From a virus (taxonomy: Duplodnaviria; Caudoviricetes): a stretch of DNA of 40,696 bases. Below the pieces are notes generated by a model that was not told where the DNA came from, made no database searches, and saw nothing but the letters and a program-made list of their open reading frames with translations. The stretch is taken from positions 1 through 40,696 of IMG/VR virus record IMGVR_UViG_3300022777_000107. The stretch is one strand, 5' to 3'. The position numbers and the translations under genes are program-made. Below are positions 1 through 7,666 of the stretch, piece after piece. How positions within the stretch are numbered: the first letter of the stretch is position 1; each line of letters begins with the position of its first letter.

Positions 1-123
1 AGGTTGGGCGCCGTGCGCTCGCCACCGGGCTGACCTTCTCTGACGTAGATCGGGTAGCTGTGCTTGTCGTGTCAGTCGTTGCGACGGCGGGTATATAATA
101 GTATGTGGCACTTCCGCGAGGCC
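1..123 (+). repeat. Terminal direct repeat, left copy
   Basis: 1-123 identical to 40567-40689; the next 7 nt differ at 2 positions (CATGCTC vs GACGCTC). Confidence 0.95.
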
Positions 124-128
124 CATGC

Positions 129-227
129 TCATGGAGACCCACCTGCCGAGATGGCGATGGCGATGATGGTCACGACGAGCGTGGCCAGCAGAATGATCCC
201 GACGCCGGTTCGGGTTGGTGGTGTCAC
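129..227 (-). CDS. Small single-TM membrane peptide (32 aa)
   Basis: Hand-translated MTPPTRTGVGIILLATLVVTIIAIAISAGGSP; GTG start overlaps the upstream stop (GTGA); below the ORF-track cutoff. Confidence 0.6.
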   Translation of the reverse strand: MTPPTRTGVGIILLATLVVTIIAIAISAGGSP

Positions 228-553
228 TGCGGATCACTCTCCGTTTGCGCCGGGTGGTCTGGGTCAGGATCGCCGAACCGCATGATGTTCCAGTACGTCT
301 CCGGGTCAAATTTGTGATAGACGATTTCCGTACTCTCGCAGGAACAGCGATGTGGCGGGCCTGGTGGATCCACCCAGCGCCGACCGCACTGACAGCAGGT
401 GAACAGCCAGAACTGGTCGGAGTGGTGCTCCATCGGTATCGGGAGTCCCTCGCCACCAGCGCGGGACCACTTCGGCCGTCGCTCGGATCGTGGCCGGCTG
501 TCTGCGGGTAACCCGCCGTCAGTGAACAGCCTGTCTTGGGTCGGATCAATCAC
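224..553 (-). CDS. Hypothetical Zn-ribbon protein
   Basis: CCQC...CSC; N-terminal TDGG motif common in haloarchaeal viral proteins; coupled to neighbours. Confidence 0.7.
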   Translation of the reverse strand: MIDPTQDRLFTDGGLPADSRPRSERRPKWSRAGGEGLPIPMEHHSDQFWLFTCCQCGRRWVDPPGPPHRCSCESTEIVYHKFDPETYWNIMRFGDPDPDHPAQTESDPQ

Positions 554-795
554 GCCGACCCCTCCAGTCTCGGCTCGATGATGTCGCGTGCAAGGTCGGC
601 TTCCTGTCCGTCGACCTCGCGAACACGCTCGGCCGCGGTATCGAGCTTGATCACGTCGCCGTCGCGGACGGTCAGGAGCTCGACGCGTTCTTGCTGGTAC
701 TCGTCAGTGCCGATCTTCTCGAAGGAATCGATCAGTGCGACCTCGCAACCGCCATCGACGCGCTCGACCTCGACGGCGGGCCTGTCCTCACTCAT
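550..795 (-). CDS. Hypothetical acidic protein
   Basis: 81 aa, halophilic composition, overlapping start/stop with neighbours. Confidence 0.75.
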   Translation of the reverse strand: MSEDRPAVEVERVDGGCEVALIDSFEKIGTDEYQQERVELLTVRDGDVIKLDTAAERVREVDGQEADLARDIIEPRLEGSA

Positions 796-1372
796 CGCCA
801 GTCACCCCGTCCCAGCACGCGATGATGCAGTCGTGCTCGTGGAGCTGGTCGAGCGAAACGTACAACGCGGCCGTCCCGTCGCCGGAGTCGTGCTCGATGC
901 CGTCCATGGCCTCAGTGTCGAGTGCTCGAAGCACGGACGTCGTGTCGAGCAGGTAGAACTCGCTGAAGACACCGAGGACGTCGTCGAACAATCCGTAGGC
1001 GATGACGGACGGGTAGAACCCGCGCTTCCGGTATGCGCACAGCCACTTGTGGAGTTCGGGATGGCGACCGTCGATGCCGTTGTCCGTCCGCAGCGAGAGG
1101 TCCCGATGGATGCGATGGGTCGGTCGGAACCGCTGACTGACGTAGACGTGACGCGTTCCGAGATCGACGATGCGATCCACGCCGCCGTAGTCGATGATCT
1201 GGTGACAGCGGTAGCCCTCGCTGCGGTCGTGGACGTCGTCGACGAGGCCCTCGGGATCGTACAGGTCGGATTTGTCGACAGACCAGAACTCCTGGTAGCA
1301 CTGGTCGGCGAGGTCGTCGCAGGCTGTAGCCCAGTCCTTGCGGTCCTGGTCAAATCGTGGCTGGGCGCTCAT
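788..1372 (-). CDS. Putative PD-(D/E)xK restriction-endonuclease-fold protein
   Basis: IDYGGVDRIV...VSQRFR resembles the D...QxR variant of the REase catalytic core; function inferred. Confidence 0.5.
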   Translation of the reverse strand: MSAQPRFDQDRKDWATACDDLADQCYQEFWSVDKSDLYDPEGLVDDVHDRSEGYRCHQIIDYGGVDRIVDLGTRHVYVSQRFRPTHRIHRDLSLRTDNGIDGRHPELHKWLCAYRKRGFYPSVIAYGLFDDVLGVFSEFYLLDTTSVLRALDTEAMDGIEHDSGDGTAALYVSLDQLHEHDCIIACWDGVTGDE

Positions 1373-1599
1373 GGCACCCGCACCTCCGGGTTGTCGTCTT
1401 CGTCACCGACGAAGTAGACCTCGCCGTTGCGTTGCATCCGCGCAAGCTCCTGGGAAACGGCGGCGGGACTCGCGCCCTCGACAGAGGCGGCGGTCTCGTT
1501 GAGGACCGTTCGCTTGTAGATCTCGTCGTGCTCGCGGGCCAGCTGCCTGATGGTCTCGCGGAGGTCCTTGATCGACACCTCCGTCTCGTCGGTCGCCAT
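1369..1599 (-). CDS. Small winged-helix protein
   Basis: Helix-helix-LARMQRNGEVY pattern typical of wHTH domains. Confidence 0.55.
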   Translation of the reverse strand: MATDETEVSIKDLRETIRQLAREHDEIYKRTVLNETAASVEGASPAAVSQELARMQRNGEVYFVGDEDDNPEVRVP

Positions 1600-1889
1600 C
1601 AGGCTTCACCCTCCAGGAAGCAGTCCGTGCATGGGAGCGCGTCCTCACTGTGCACGCATCCGGGCCCCTGGTTCCCGCTGCCGGCCAGGTGACGAACCGC
1701 CTCGGTGAGGGGACGGGGTGGACGGCGGCGGTTCCCATCGACCGCGCGCTCTGCTCGTGCGCGACTCTTGGCCTTTCGACGACAGTCTCCGCATGTCATC
1801 TCGCCGCGGTACTCGGATGGGCGCTCGTCGCTGATGGGTTTCCGACAGATAGCGCACAGGGGAGTGTAGTCGTCCATCTCAGGCCTCAC
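1599..1889 (-). CDS. Zn-finger protein
   Basis: CAIC...CGDC plus C-terminal CVH/CTDC. Confidence 0.65.
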   Translation of the reverse strand: MRPEMDDYTPLCAICRKPISDERPSEYRGEMTCGDCRRKAKSRARAERAVDGNRRRPPRPLTEAVRHLAGSGNQGPGCVHSEDALPCTDCFLEGEA

Positions 1890-2004
1890 CCCCGAGATTG
1901 AGACCGTGATCGACGATGATGTGATAGTCGGTCAGCAACGGGTGCGGGTAGGCGCGGTCGCAGTCATCCCGCGGACAGGGGTAGTCTCCAAGGCCGTGGC
2001 TCAT
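1879..2004 (-). CDS. C2H2 Zn-finger microprotein (41 aa)
   Basis: CPRDDC-x12-H-x4-H; ATG at 2004 overlaps the upstream stop. Confidence 0.65.
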   Translation of the reverse strand: MSHGLGDYPCPRDDCDRAYPHPLLTDYHIIVDHGLNLGGEA

Positions 2005-2207
2005 GCCGAGGACCCCCATTCGCCGCCGCCCTCGATTGGCTTTGGATCGTCCGGGAACTTTCGCTTCAGAAAGTCCGGGCTGCACCTCATGCACATGTGA
2101 AGGTCCTGGCCGATATCATCACAACCAAGCCACATATTCACGGACGCAATCTCGCTGGGCTCAGCGAATTCAGCCCCACACCAGTCGCAGACGAAGTACC
2201 GACTCAT
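2001..2207 (-). CDS. Zn-ribbon protein
   Basis: CDWC...CMRC. Confidence 0.7.
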   Translation of the reverse strand: MSRYFVCDWCGAEFAEPSEIASVNMWLGCDDIGQDLHMCMRCSPDFLKRKFPDDPKPIEGGGEWGSSA

Positions 2208-2383
2208 TCTTCCGCCCCCTGGTCGTCGTCCGGCCTGACTCTAACCCGGACCACCATCTCGGTGTAGCGACCCATCGCCACGTCCGTGTCAACTGACTTG
2301 ACGTCAACGTTCGGGTTCGCCTCGATATCTTCGAGAACGTCCGCTGCGGCCTCGTGGTCAACCGATGCAGGCTTGGTCATCAT
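2204..2383 (-). CDS. Hypothetical protein
   Basis: Acidic 59 aa; ATGA coupling on both sides. Confidence 0.65.
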   Translation of the reverse strand: MMTKPASVDHEAAADVLEDIEANPNVDVKSVDTDVAMGRYTEMVVRVRVRPDDDQGAEE

Positions 2384-2631
2384 TCGTCCCACCCCGGTTT
2401 GAACGCGAACCGCGTCTCGGAGTACTCCTCACCGAGGTCGGCGTGCGGGTAGACTGAAGTCTCGATCTCCCAGTCCTGGCCGACGTACTCCTCCAGCGCG
2501 TCACGGCTGGTGTAGGCGACGGTGACGAACTCCTCGTCGGGCATCGGCTCCAGGACGATAGCGTGGTGGGGGTCCCCAGCGGCGTCGAAGTAGCGGACCC
2601 AGTCGCCCCGTGATGGTTGGACTGTCATCAA
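2380..2631 (-). CDS. Hypothetical protein (possible SH3-like beta barrel)
   Basis: PSRGDWVRY followed by beta-strand pattern; acidic. Confidence 0.65.
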   Translation of the reverse strand: MMTVQPSRGDWVRYFDAAGDPHHAIVLEPMPDEEFVTVAYTSRDALEEYVGQDWEIETSVYPHADLGEEYSETRFAFKPGWDE

Positions 2632-2990
2632 GCTTCACCTCGGGGTTGGAGGTGGTCGGGCAGATCGTCCAGGTCGCTGGCGTCGACGCCTTCCATAACG
2701 AGGCGATTCTCGTTTTCGGACCCGCAGTGGAGACAGTCGAACGCCACAATCAGGTGGTAGTCGCCATCAGCCCAGCTGGGCGTCTCTGTGTAGTCGCCAC
2801 TGTTGTGCATCCGGCCGCAGTTGCGACAGGTCAGAAGCCCCTCTGCACCCTGGTCAGCGACATCGCATGCGTCAGGATCGAGTTGGGTGTAGACTTTGCG
2901 CCCCGAGCAATCGTCCTTTTCGTGAATGCGGAGTCTGGTGAGCGTGTCGAAGGAGTCTCCGCATGCCTCACAGGCATACGTCGCCATCAC
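2628..2990 (-). CDS. Zn-finger protein
   Basis: CEAC-x12-H-x4-C finger plus CRNC...CLHC ribbon. Confidence 0.75.
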   Translation of the reverse strand: MMATYACEACGDSFDTLTRLRIHEKDDCSGRKVYTQLDPDACDVADQGAEGLLTCRNCGRMHNSGDYTETPSWADGDYHLIVAFDCLHCGSENENRLVMEGVDASDLDDLPDHLQPRGEA

Positions 2991-3571
2991 TCGTCACCTC
3001 CGGCCCGTGCAGAGTAGTCCTGCCAACTGTCATCACCGTCTGGCGCAGCACCACCGATATCCTCGGGATCCATCTCTTTCAGAAGTTGCTTTGGGTTGGT
3101 CTCGTGAGTGTGCTTAATGTGGTTCGTGAGTCCTGCCTCAGTCTCGCAGCGTTGTCCGCACTCGGGGCAGTGGACGGCGCCGGTCACCGCCTCGACGATT
3201 CCTGACAGGTCGACTTGAATGTCCACCGACTCGGCGTCGGCGGGCTCAATCGGAAGCGCCCAGCTCTCGTCGATATCATCGGTATCAACGTCGAAGCTCT
3301 TAGCGAGCGTGCCGCCGATTGAAATCGAAGCGCCGCCCGACTTCGGTGAGACGCTGAATGCATGCGGCCCGTCGTCGCCGACGGCAATGCCCAGCGTTGA
3401 CTCCTCGCGGTCGACGTAGTAGGCGATGCTGTCGGCGACCGACCCGTGGCGCGTGAGATACTCGTCGACGGCGCCAACCGTCAGGTATGCCATGCCGTAA
3501 TCAGGGCGAATGATGAGCTGCGCTGGCCGGTCGGTCTGTCTGTTGCGCTCTTCGTAGCGCTCGAACCCCAT
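2987..3571 (-). CDS. Hypothetical protein with C-terminal C2H2 Zn finger
   Basis: CPEC-x12-H-x4-H; ATG at 3571 preferred over GTG at 3580. Confidence 0.75.
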   Translation of the reverse strand: MGFERYEERNRQTDRPAQLIIRPDYGMAYLTVGAVDEYLTRHGSVADSIAYYVDREESTLGIAVGDDGPHAFSVSPKSGGASISIGGTLAKSFDVDTDDIDESWALPIEPADAESVDIQVDLSGIVEAVTGAVHCPECGQRCETEAGLTNHIKHTHETNPKQLLKEMDPEDIGGAAPDGDDSWQDYSARAGGDE

Positions 3572-3678
3572 CACCGCCACCTCCCGTAACCGATTTGAGT
3601 CGGGCGGCCTGATATTGATCTGCCGTTACTCCTATTACCGTGCGGGGTCCATTCCCGCGTGGTCTCGCTTGGTATCAT
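3571..3678 (-). CDS. Possible leader microprotein (35 aa)
   Basis: Hand-translated MIPSETTREW...GRWR; TGATG coupling to the next gene. Confidence 0.35.
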   Translation of the reverse strand: MIPSETTREWTPHGNRSNGRSISGRPTQIGYGRWR

Positions 3679-3760
3679 TGTAGTGGATGGTATCGAGTGG
3701 GGCCAGCCACCCGCGCGCCCGAATCTGAGTAGTGTCCAGGGTCAGGCGGGCGGGTGATGG

Positions 3761-3916
3761 CTACTCGGCGACTAGCTCGCCGCGTTCGCGGTCCAACTTT
3801 TGTTCACACGCTTCGCGTACCCATTCGGCCTTCGAATCCCCGTACTCCAGCTCATCCTCGATGTCGTCGTCAACATCCTCGGGGATGCGAAACGTGACTT
3901 GCACCTTATCGCTCAT
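3761..3916 (-). CDS. Ribbon-helix-helix (CopG-like) regulator, Cro-like position (51 aa)
   Basis: Hand-translated MSDKVQVTFRIPEDVDDDIEDELEYGDSKAEWVREACEQKLDRERGELVAE; absent from the ORF track. Confidence 0.85.
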   Translation of the reverse strand: MSDKVQVTFRIPEDVDDDIEDELEYGDSKAEWVREACEQKLDRERGELVAE

Positions 3917-4044
3917 GCGACATCCCCCGATACACCGGCACCGGGGATAATGGTTTCGGTGGTCAGGTTAATAACCGAATATCCGATTCGCCAATGGACC
4001 GGGCTGGGGTTACACTTATTTGGGCACCGAGTCCATGTATGAAT
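3917..4044. promoter_or_regulatory. Divergent promoter/operator region between two RHH genes
   Basis: TTAT-type boxes about 25-30 nt upstream of each ATG; near-palindrome GGTTAATAACC; CGAAT-N5-ATTCG; repeated GGCACCG. Confidence 0.6.
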
Positions 4045-4221
4045 ATGGGGAACACTAAAGACGTGACCGTAACGATGCCAGAGGAGCTTGTCGACGAGAT
4101 CGAGGACCAACTTGAGTATGGAGACTCGCGCTCCGGTTGGATCCGAGAGGCTGTTGAGGAACGGTTGGAGCGTGAAACGCAGGGAAATTCGAACAGGATG
4201 ACGCCGGCAACGGCTGACTGA
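4045..4221 (+). CDS. Ribbon-helix-helix (CopG-like) regulator, repressor-like position
   Basis: DVTVTMPEELVDEIEDQLEYGDSRSGWIREAVEERL; start at 4039 or 4045. Confidence 0.85.
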   Translation: MGNTKDVTVTMPEELVDEIEDQLEYGDSRSGWIREAVEERLERETQGNSNRMTPATAD

Positions 4222-4223
4222 AC

Positions 4224-4457
4224 TCACGCTGTCACCTCCTGGTCCGCGAGATCGTGCTCCAGTCGACGCACTTCTTCCCGGCCAAGCTGCTCGCCTGTTT
4301 TTGCATCTGTCACCTGCTTGAACGCGCCATCCTCGTACTGGCGCTCACAGGCCGGACACCAGAACCCGCCGTTGATCGGCTTCCAGCCGGAGTGCCCTCT
4401 CGGGCACCTCAGCCGATGCGGGTCGTCATCGCGGAGCGCGTGGGGCTTCGAATCCAT
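4224..4457 (-). CDS. Small Zn-ribbon protein (CPxGH...WCxxC)
   Basis: CPRGHSGWKPINGGFWCPAC; TATA box TTTTAAG at 4482-4488 (minus) supports ATG at 4457. Confidence 0.8.
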   Translation of the reverse strand: MDSKPHALRDDDPHRLRCPRGHSGWKPINGGFWCPACERQYEDGAFKQVTDAKTGEQLGREEVRRLEHDLADQEVTA

Positions 4458-4509
4458 GCGACCCTGGCTGACGAGAGGTGACTTAAAAGAACTCAGGGTT
4501 GTATCCGTG

Positions 4510-4530
4510 GTGAAAGTGAAAGTGAAAGTG
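4510..4530 (-). promoter_or_regulatory. Tandem (TTTCAC)3 UV/DNA-damage-box-like element
   Basis: Minus strand reads CACTTTCACTTTCACTTTCAC just upstream of the TATA box; an extra inverted unit lies at about 4559-4567. Confidence 0.65.
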
Positions 4531-4589
4531 GTCACACCCCGGTCGGGCTGGCGAAACTACTTTCACTGCAGCCAACACAAATCACTGCC

Positions 4590-5531
4590 ATGAACAGACG
4601 CGCTCTTTTGACATCGGTTACTGCCCTCTCAGTGGCTGGTTGTGTTGGTGGTGACGATGATCGCGAACAGTCCACCGGAAGCGACACATCGACTCCGACA
4701 TCCGCATCGTCGAGTGACTCGGCCACGCCGACACAGACCGAAGAGCAAACCGCCACGGCGACTGGCACACCAGCCCCAGCTTCCTTTGAGGTTGTCCGAA
4801 TGGAGGGCCCCTCGAAGGTCGAGATCGGCGAGCCCTTCGCGTTCGAAATCACGGTGAAGAATACTGGTGAGCAACCCGGGACATTACGGGCCGATCTGTA
4901 CAGCAAAACGCCTGATAGTCAGTGGGAACGCGGTGTCGAGTGGGAGATTGGCCCAGTTGACGGCGGCGAAACCGCGACTGTGGCCAGCGAGAAAGCATCC
5001 ATCGATCACCTCACGAAAGCGACCTACAGGCTCGGCACGTCCGATATCACCTATACCGTCCAGACGGTGTCGAAATCACTGTCGTGGGGCCAGACCTACA
5101 CATCGCCAGAGAACTTCACAATCTCTGTCGACAATCTCACATTACAGGAGTCATACGAGTACCGGAATTTCGCTGACGAGGTGGATGACGCCAGGCCTGA
5201 GGCAGGCTCTGACCAGTGGGCGTTCATCGATGTTACCGTCACGAATGACTCTGGGGAACCCGGGTTTTCGCCGGTGTCATCTGACTTCGTGATTCTGGCT
5301 GGGAACTCGCAGTACAACTCCGAATCGGTTGTTTTTGACGACCCGATCAACAAGGGGACGCCCTTCGAGGGCGGGGAACTGCAACCAGGCGTCACGAGAA
5401 GTGGATGGGTCCTCTATTCGGTGCCGCTATCCATTGCCCCTGAGGACATGACTGTCGCCTGGTCGAAAAGTACATTCGACGGTGATATCTCAGTCAACTG
5501 GTCGGGTGACCCAGACAGTCCTGGGGACTGA
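4590..5531 (+). CDS. Tat-exported lipoprotein with Ig-like and DUF4352-like domains
   Basis: MNRRALL twin-Arg signal, VAGC lipobox, Thr/Ser linker, ITVKNTG and VTVTN...LQPGVTRSGWVLY Ig-fold patterns. Confidence 0.8.
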   Translation: MNRRALLTSVTALSVAGCVGGDDDREQSTGSDTSTPTSASSSDSATPTQTEEQTATATGTPAPASFEVVRMEGPSKVEIGEPFAFEITVKNTGEQPGTLRADLYSKTPDSQWERGVEWEIGPVDGGETATVASEKASIDHLTKATYRLGTSDITYTVQTVSKSLSWGQTYTSPENFTISVDNLTLQESYEYRNFADEVDDARPEAGSDQWAFIDVTVTNDSGEPGFSPVSSDFVILAGNSQYNSESVVFDDPINKGTPFEGGELQPGVTRSGWVLYSVPLSIAPEDMTVAWSKSTFDGDISVNWSGDPDSPGD

Positions 5532-5993
5532 TTACTTCGTCGGCAAGTGACCGGTCTCGCCGTTCGCGACGGCCGTGCCATGATCGCCGGCCAATGAACA
5601 CTGCTCGTCGTGGATAATCTCGAACAGCGACTCGTCAGCGTTGCCACACTCATCGCACCGAAACGCGACGACGCCCTGGTTTTTCGTGGTGCCGTCAGTG
5701 CCCTCGAATGTCCCCTCGAACATGGTCACCGTGTGCTCGGGGTCCAGCTCGGGATAGTGCACGTCCTCGTCGAGAACCGGGACGTCGTCGTAGAGATCAC
5801 GGCCGTGCTCGCCCGCGAGGTCGCACTCGGGATCGTGCACGATCTGGCGAAGTGTCTCGTCGCACTGCCCACACTCGGCGCAGTGAAACCCGACGAGTTC
5901 GCCGGCGTGAATGCCGGCCTGCGGCGAGGGTTCCTGTGCGCGCAGTGCCTCGATTGGGATGTCCCCAGGCAGGGGCTCGACGTCGACGTCCAT
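5532..5993 (-). CDS. Protein with two tandem CxxC-x11-H-x3-C Zn fingers
   Basis: Internal duplication FHCAECGQCDETLRQIVHDPECDLAGEHG / FRCDECGNADESLFEIIHDEQCSLAGDHG. Confidence 0.8.
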   Translation of the reverse strand: MDVDVEPLPGDIPIEALRAQEPSPQAGIHAGELVGFHCAECGQCDETLRQIVHDPECDLAGEHGRDLYDDVPVLDEDVHYPELDPEHTVTMFEGTFEGTDGTTKNQGVVAFRCDECGNADESLFEIIHDEQCSLAGDHGTAVANGETGHLPTK

Positions 5994-6247
5994 CAGAGAA
6001 CCTCCACAATCCAGAGCGCCCCGCGGTCGGTCCGTTGACGCATCGAGTTGCGCGTCCCGAGGTCGTGCGCTGCGATGACACGGTGGACGCGCGGGGGAAT
6101 CCGCCGGTAGCCCGGGCCGACTGCGACTTCGATCAGCGGGCCCTCGACGCGCTCGTCCATCTCCGTCAGGTCGGCCTCGACGCCGCGCAGCGAGTCGAGG
6201 TCCTCGCAGGCCGTCCGGTAGTGGCCGATCGCGACGACCTCACCCAT
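5993..6247 (-). CDS. Hypothetical protein
   Basis: 84 aa, coupled within the operon. Confidence 0.65.
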   Translation of the reverse strand: MGEVVAIGHYRTACEDLDSLRGVEADLTEMDERVEGPLIEVAVGPGYRRIPPRVHRVIAAHDLGTRNSMRQRTDRGALWIVEVL

Positions 6248-6506
6248 CGGCCGGCACCTCGTGGTGGAGTACTTCCCGCGCTTTTCGGATCGCCGCGGCC
6301 TCGTCGTCGAGGCGGTCGACGGTTCCGTTGTGTGACCACTCGACGACTGTGGGCACGAACTGATCTCCCCAGTCCGTGTACGCGACGACGTCGTAGTGAG
6401 TCCCTTCTTCGAGCCCTCGGAACTCGTCGTCGCCGGCGACCTGGGGATGCATCCCGAGTTGCTTCGCCACCCGCACGCGCTCGCGAAGTTCCTCGTGATC
6501 CGTCAC
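6240..6506 (-). CDS. Hypothetical protein
   Basis: 88 aa, acidic, coupled. Confidence 0.7.
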   Translation of the reverse strand: MTDHEELRERVRVAKQLGMHPQVAGDDEFRGLEEGTHYDVVAYTDWGDQFVPTVVEWSHNGTVDRLDDEAAAIRKAREVLHHEVPADG

Positions 6507-6859
6507 AGGTCTTGCACCCCCGTGGTCTCGCCGCCGCCGAAGTCCGCGGGCTCCGACCGCGTCGGCTCCTCACGACTGCTCTCGTCCTGGTCGCCGTGCT
6601 CGTCGAGCGCTGCCCGAACGTCCGCGAGGAGATCGTCGACACCGCGCTCGGTCTCGCTGTGTTCGACGTACCGCTCAACGACCTCCCGCGCCTCCAGTTG
6701 ATACACGCTGTTCTTGTCGGACCTGTTCTCCTTGTCAGCAGTGGAGTACGTCAGGACGCCGTCGTACGGAATCCCAACCCGCGCTGTAACGACGTCGCCG
6801 CTGACGGCCAGCGTCCACTGCCACTGACCATGGCTCTCGATGACGGCGTCGTGGATCAT
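6503..6859 (-). CDS. Hypothetical protein
   Basis: 118 aa, acidic, ATGA coupling. Confidence 0.7.
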   Translation of the reverse strand: MIHDAVIESHGQWQWTLAVSGDVVTARVGIPYDGVLTYSTADKENRSDKNSVYQLEAREVVERYVEHSETERGVDDLLADVRAALDEHGDQDESSREEPTRSEPADFGGGETTGVQDL

Positions 6860-7272
6860 GCGTCCTCCCCGTCAGGATACTCGCCGACCGGGACCTCGCC
6901 GGTCAGCCAGCTTCGGAACGGCTCGTCGACGGCGACCTCGCGCCACGCTTCTTCGTGTTGTTCGACGGTGTGGATGCACCAGTCGATCAGTGCCTTCTCC
7001 CGCTGCGGGATCTTGACCGTCTCCCGGTCCTCGCCGTCGTCGATGGTGACGCGACGGGTCCCGGGCTGGTAGTAGTGCTCGATACCGCCACCGTCCGTCC
7101 CGAGGTGGTATCCGGGTGGGTCGGTGCTTTCATGCTCCGGCTCTCCGGAGTGGGTCATGCTTCGGCTCATACTTGTGCTCGAAGCACGGTCGGCCGGTGC
7201 TTGGACACCGGTCGGCTCGCAGTGATTCTGGGCCGTGATCCCGCGCTTCATACTAGTTGCATGTGCGCCCAT
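6856..7272 (-). CDS. Hypothetical protein (HLGTD...HYY motif)
   Basis: First gene of the leftward operon; start could be 7272 or 7170. Confidence 0.65.
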   Translation of the reverse strand: MGAHATSMKRGITAQNHCEPTGVQAPADRASSTSMSRSMTHSGEPEHESTDPPGYHLGTDGGGIEHYYQPGTRRVTIDDGEDRETVKIPQREKALIDWCIHTVEQHEEAWREVAVDEPFRSWLTGEVPVGEYPDGEDA

Positions 7273-7280
7273 TGCCTTAA

Positions 7281-7350
7281 TACTTACTAAGTCTTAGTGA
7301 TGTTTAGTTACACTAAGTAATAAATACTAAGTATCTCCATCACTTAGTGA
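7281..7350. promoter_or_regulatory. AT-rich divergent promoter with an ACTWAGT operator array
   Basis: ACTAAGT at 7286, 7312 and 7326; CTTAGT at 7293; TCACTTAGTGA at 7340-7350. Confidence 0.75.
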
Positions 7351-7359
7351 GGAATGCAT

Positions 7360-7536
7360 ATGGCAACGGCCTCAGAAACGGCGGACATGGTCCGCTATCA
7401 ATTCCAGATCGACGACGAAACGTGGGAAGAGTGGAAAGAGACTGTGCCGCGCTCGAAGAGTCTCGAACAGCGAATCACCGAACTGATCGAAGCCGATACT
7501 GACGGGAGAGTGAGCGACCGTGAGCACGACGAGTGA
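7360..7536 (+). CDS. RHH-like transcriptional regulator
   Basis: VRYQFQIDDETWEEWKETVPRSKSLEQRITELIEAD beta-alpha-alpha pattern; follows the operator array. Confidence 0.7.
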   Translation: MATASETADMVRYQFQIDDETWEEWKETVPRSKSLEQRITELIEADTDGRVSDREHDE

Positions 7537-7666
7537 CGACCAGATCGTGCCGCTGACGACGCTGTCCGGCGACGAACTCTATCGCTGTACCGTCTGCGGA
7601 TCCGAGGCGACAGCACAGGACCGGATCAACCACCGCTCGGGCTGCCCAGTTGATGATCATGAGTGA
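7520..7666 (+). CDS. CxxC-x11-H-x3-C Zn-finger microprotein (48 aa)
   Basis: Hand-translated MSTTSDDQIVPLTTLSGDELYRCTVCGSEATAQDRINHRSGCPVDDHE; not in the ORF track. Confidence 0.7.
   Translation: MSTTSDDQIVPLTTLSGDELYRCTVCGSEATAQDRINHRSGCPVDDHE

Noticed and set aside
4458-4535. MTTFTFTFTT N-terminal extension of the Zn-ribbon gene
   Set aside because: This is translation of the TTTCAC repeat; the TATA box position supports ATG at 4457.
5708-7072. 454-aa plus-strand ORF, and similar long ORFs at 536-1417 and 23223-24665
   Set aside because: Arg/Ser-rich shadow frames antisense to acidic, translationally coupled genes; expected in high-GC DNA.
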